Shown here piece after piece: positions 22,574-25,183 of a stretch of DNA of 25,183 nt (position 1 is the stretch's first letter; every line of letters starts with the position of its first letter). The notes under the pieces are model-generated. The model was given only the letters and a program-made list of their open reading frames with translations, was not told the DNA's origin and did no database searches. The stretch is from a virus. Taxonomy: Duplodnaviria; Caudoviricetes. The stretch is from positions 1 to 25,183 of IMG/VR virus record IMGVR_UViG_3300037484_000048. One strand, written 5' to 3'. The position numbers and the translations under genes were made by a program.

Positions 22574-24841
22574 CTAAACATTCTGCTCGGATACGTGCTT
22601 GATAAGCGTATGGATGCTTGCCGTACCACGCTTCTCTTTCTTGACGTTGCCTTCATCCACTAGCAGCCGGAGAGCTTCCCCCTTACGCGTGGCGTTGCCT
22701 TGCACCCTTTGCTCTATCTGCCTACGGCTCATGCCGTTGGGGTTGTCAGTCAGCGCGTCGCATATCTGCCACATAAGATCTATCGGGCGCTCGGTTACCG
22801 TCTCGACTTCCAGCACGGTACCCGTATTGAACGGATCCGCAATAGTGTGACGGGTCTCGCCAGGAAGCCACTCATCATCCGTCTTGACCCCCCTACGGCT
22901 TACTCGCATGTAATCCGGACCGAGCCCCGTACGGGTATGAGTCCGCCGGAGATCCATGTAGGTAATCATCTCGGTATTGCTGCCGAGAGGTTTTGCCTCT
23001 TCACCGGTGACGCTCAGTTCCCACACATGATCAATGTCCTGAGACTTAGCGCTTGATCCACGACCACCCTTCTCGGCATCCTTGCCGAAGTGGTCAAGGC
23101 GAACGCATGCGATGTTGAGCGCTTTGAAGCGCTTGTGAAGGACCCTGTACAGAGAGAGCCAGGTATCCGAGTCATTCTCTTTGCCCTTGATAAACCGGGA
23201 TACCGTGTCAAGGATCACGACGTTCGGTTCATACTTCGCGACCAGGGCCATGACCTGACGAGCCCCGTCATCGGAGTCAAGCGGCTTGAATGGTGGGAAA
23301 CTCAGGTAGATAAGCGTGCCCCTGAGTTGATCGGGTGTCGCGCCGAATGAGCGGACACGCATGATCAGGTCACGCTGTGAGTTCTCGGCATCCAAGTACA
23401 TGATGACCAGGGGTTCACACGTGTTCGCCGTAAGGAATGCCTGACCGGTTACCGTCTTGATACACCATTCGGCCATGAACAGGCTCTTGCCGCTCTTGCC
23501 GTCCCCGACCAGTGACGCCTGTTGCCCTCTTTCGAGCAACTGGCCTGGCAGATGATCGGCCGTGTCGTGCTCGGACGCGAACAGATCATCCCAGTCAATG
23601 GGGGCAAAGTGGTCCTCGAATGTGCTCCCCTCTCCGGCGGCTGCCCCGTCATGCGAGGCATCATCTTTTGGGATGTCTCCCAGTTCGAACAGCCCATCAT
23701 CCTTGGTGAGTGTCGCCAGGTTCAGCGCTCGCATTGCTTCCCCTGTATTGCCCCCGTAGTTGTACTTGGCTACCCATGAGAGCTTGCTCATGGTGCCGCT
23801 ACCGAGTGCATCCGACCACACGTGAATGGGGCCATGCCCCCGAGACGTGTCGTACTGCGAGCACCCCACTTCATGAGCCGTCACGCTCTTTGAGTGTGTC
23901 GCGTCCCCCGGACGCGTGAACGTGGGGCATCCGCAGTTGTCGTGATCTGCCGGAGTGAAGCCGTCCGCAGTCAAGATCTCGTGCCACGAGATGTCAGCCG
24001 ACCAGGCGTCAATGGGATCATCATCGAACGCGCTCAGAGCGCCCGTACGGCCGTCTTCCCTCTCGGGGGTACGAGTCTGCCCGATCAGGTCTGTTAGCCA
24101 CTCTGGCGCTGGCTCGACCGCGCCTGTGAGCCGGTACGGCCCTTCCTTGCGCACGCTCGGGGGAACCAGCACGTAACCAGATCCGTAGTAGGCAGCCCAC
24201 GCGTTCCGGCAGCCGCCCGCCGGTTGCTGAGCGCCGTGGCATCGGCACCATGTGAGTTTGCCGGGTCGGTCCGGCAGAGTAACGTCTTCCGGCACCGTGA
24301 ACCAGTAGTGACCCCCGTTCTTGTGAGCCCATACCTGATCGCCGTTGACCTGAGTCCCCATCATTCCGGGGGAACTCACAGTGAGCGGCCTTTCTGTGAC
24401 GCCTTCAGAGTCGGGAGTAGCGTCCGACCAGTCAGCCAGGAAAGCGCGCCGTTCCTCCGTCGTGTCCACATCCACGATGATGATTTTCGTTGACGAGTGT
24501 CCGGGGGATACGGCGATGTTGGCCCCTTCCCCGAACCAGTACTTGACCCGTGCTCGGGTGAAGTACTTCTCTTCAGTGATCGCGTGACTGATCCCGCAAT
24601 CGTGCCGGACCCTTTCCCAGTTGGGAGAGCCCTTGCCGCGTGCCTGGTCCTGTGCAGCCGTGTCGGCCTTCTTGACGTCGGTAGCCGAGAGGATGCACAC
24701 GGGCCGCTTGCCGTTCGGTTCGATGACCACCACAGCGAGTCCGGCTCTCACGAGAGCTTTGGCGATCCGGCCATTGTTCGCGACGTCGCCATCTGCCACA
24801 CCGCCGATGATCTGGCCGAACCAGTCGATATCTCCGATCAT
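22574..24841 (-). CDS. Bifunctional DNA primase/polymerase fused to an AAA_25 (RepA/RecA-like) helicase with a C-terminal winged helix (755 aa)
   Basis: P.GKRP, IIIVDVDT, GGHYWF and YVLVPPS (Prim-Pol); Walker A GDGKSGKS, YLDAEN, Walker B VVILDT, DHFGKD...RGSSA. Start MIGDIDW at the ATGA overlap. Confidence 0.9.
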   Translation of the reverse strand: MIGDIDWFGQIIGGVADGDVANNGRIAKALVRAGLAVVVIEPNGKRPVCILSATDVKKADTAAQDQARGKGSPNWERVRHDCGISHAITEEKYFTRARVKYWFGEGANIAVSPGHSSTKIIIVDVDTTEERRAFLADWSDATPDSEGVTERPLTVSSPGMMGTQVNGDQVWAHKNGGHYWFTVPEDVTLPDRPGKLTWCRCHGAQQPAGGCRNAWAAYYGSGYVLVPPSVRKEGPYRLTGAVEPAPEWLTDLIGQTRTPEREDGRTGALSAFDDDPIDAWSADISWHEILTADGFTPADHDNCGCPTFTRPGDATHSKSVTAHEVGCSQYDTSRGHGPIHVWSDALGSGTMSKLSWVAKYNYGGNTGEAMRALNLATLTKDDGLFELGDIPKDDASHDGAAAGEGSTFEDHFAPIDWDDLFASEHDTADHLPGQLLERGQQASLVGDGKSGKSLFMAEWCIKTVTGQAFLTANTCEPLVIMYLDAENSQRDLIMRVRSFGATPDQLRGTLIYLSFPPFKPLDSDDGARQVMALVAKYEPNVVILDTVSRFIKGKENDSDTWLSLYRVLHKRFKALNIACVRLDHFGKDAEKGGRGSSAKSQDIDHVWELSVTGEEAKPLGSNTEMITYMDLRRTHTRTGLGPDYMRVSRRGVKTDDEWLPGETRHTIADPFNTGTVLEVETVTERPIDLMWQICDALTDNPNGMSRRQIEQRVQGNATRKGEALRLLVDEGNVKKEKRGTASIHTLIKHVSEQNV

Positions 24842-25140
24842 GGCGTCTTCACCAGGTTCCCGTGTTCGTTGCGCCGGTACGTGCGAGATTCGTTGACGGC
24901 TAGCTTGTCCTCGACAGCTTGCTCTAGATCCACACCGCACATTGATGCGATGCCGGTCAGGTAGATCAAGACGTCTGCGAGTTCGCTGCCGAGAGATTCG
25001 GGGTTCTTCCGGTACGCGTCGAATGCTTCCCCGAGTTCGCCGAATGCCAGCGCGAATTCGTACGGGACATCTTCAGTGCCCAGACCTTTGGCCAGTTTGT
25101 TCGCCCATGCCCGGTACTGCACTTCCCGAATGTGCGTCAT
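24838..25140 (-). CDS. MazG-like nucleotide pyrophosphohydrolase (100 aa)
   Basis: GELGEAFDAYRK...SELADVLIYL..IA...GVDLEQAV.DK...N..R.Y. Start MTHIREVQ. Confidence 0.9.
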   Translation of the reverse strand: MTHIREVQYRAWANKLAKGLGTEDVPYEFALAFGELGEAFDAYRKNPESLGSELADVLIYLTGIASMCGVDLEQAVEDKLAVNESRTYRRNEHGNLVKTP

Positions 25141-25183
25141 GCCGGTACCACCTTCCACGCAGTGATCTCGTTTTGAATGGAGT
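25137..25183 (-). CDS. Possible 3' end of an upstream gene
   Basis: Open frame SIQNEITAWKVVPA ends in a TGA that overlaps the MazG ATG (ATGA). Confidence 0.4.
   Translation of the reverse strand, partial: SIQNEITAWKVVPA

Noticed and set aside
21883-24940. Longer ORF-track starts for RusA (22656) and the primase-helicase (24940), and similar extensions elsewhere
   Set aside because: They run through the repeat array or deep into neighbouring genes, while downstream starts have clear RBS or ATGA coupling.
1-25183. tRNA, rRNA, integrase, transposase, reverse transcriptase or known defence genes
   Set aside because: None recognised by eye; tRNAscan-SE, Infernal and HMM searches would be needed to exclude them formally.

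Overview
This window is a 25 kb segment of a GC-rich tailed (siphovirus-type) phage or prophage, most likely of an actinobacterial host (inferred from gene families, AGAAAGGA ribosome-binding sites and CANNNT -10 elements). All genes but one are on the minus strand. Reading in transcription order (right to left): MazG-like pyrophosphohydrolase, PrimPol-AAA helicase-wHTH replication protein, an iteron/hairpin-rich putative origin, RusA-like resolvase, small hypothetical genes, a single plus-strand leaderless XRE regulator, a zinc-ribbon protein, an HGGxSTG-type putative terminase small subunit, a MerR-like HTH and more small genes, a CHAP endolysin with a small membrane gene, terminase large subunit, portal-MuF fusion, Mu-like protease/scaffold, decoration protein, major capsid, head-tail genes, major tail protein, a -1 frameshifted tail chaperone, and a tape measure protein with a CHAP-like domain that runs off the left edge. 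The most notable non-gene signals are the GGAAACG iteron/cruciform array after the primase-helicase, a recurring TTGAC-N5-GTCAA palindrome at three promoter-like positions, and nested in-frame starts in the protease gene. All functional calls come from motif recognition by eye; no database searches were run. I found no clearly new class of system, only candidate regulatory and replication elements worth testing.
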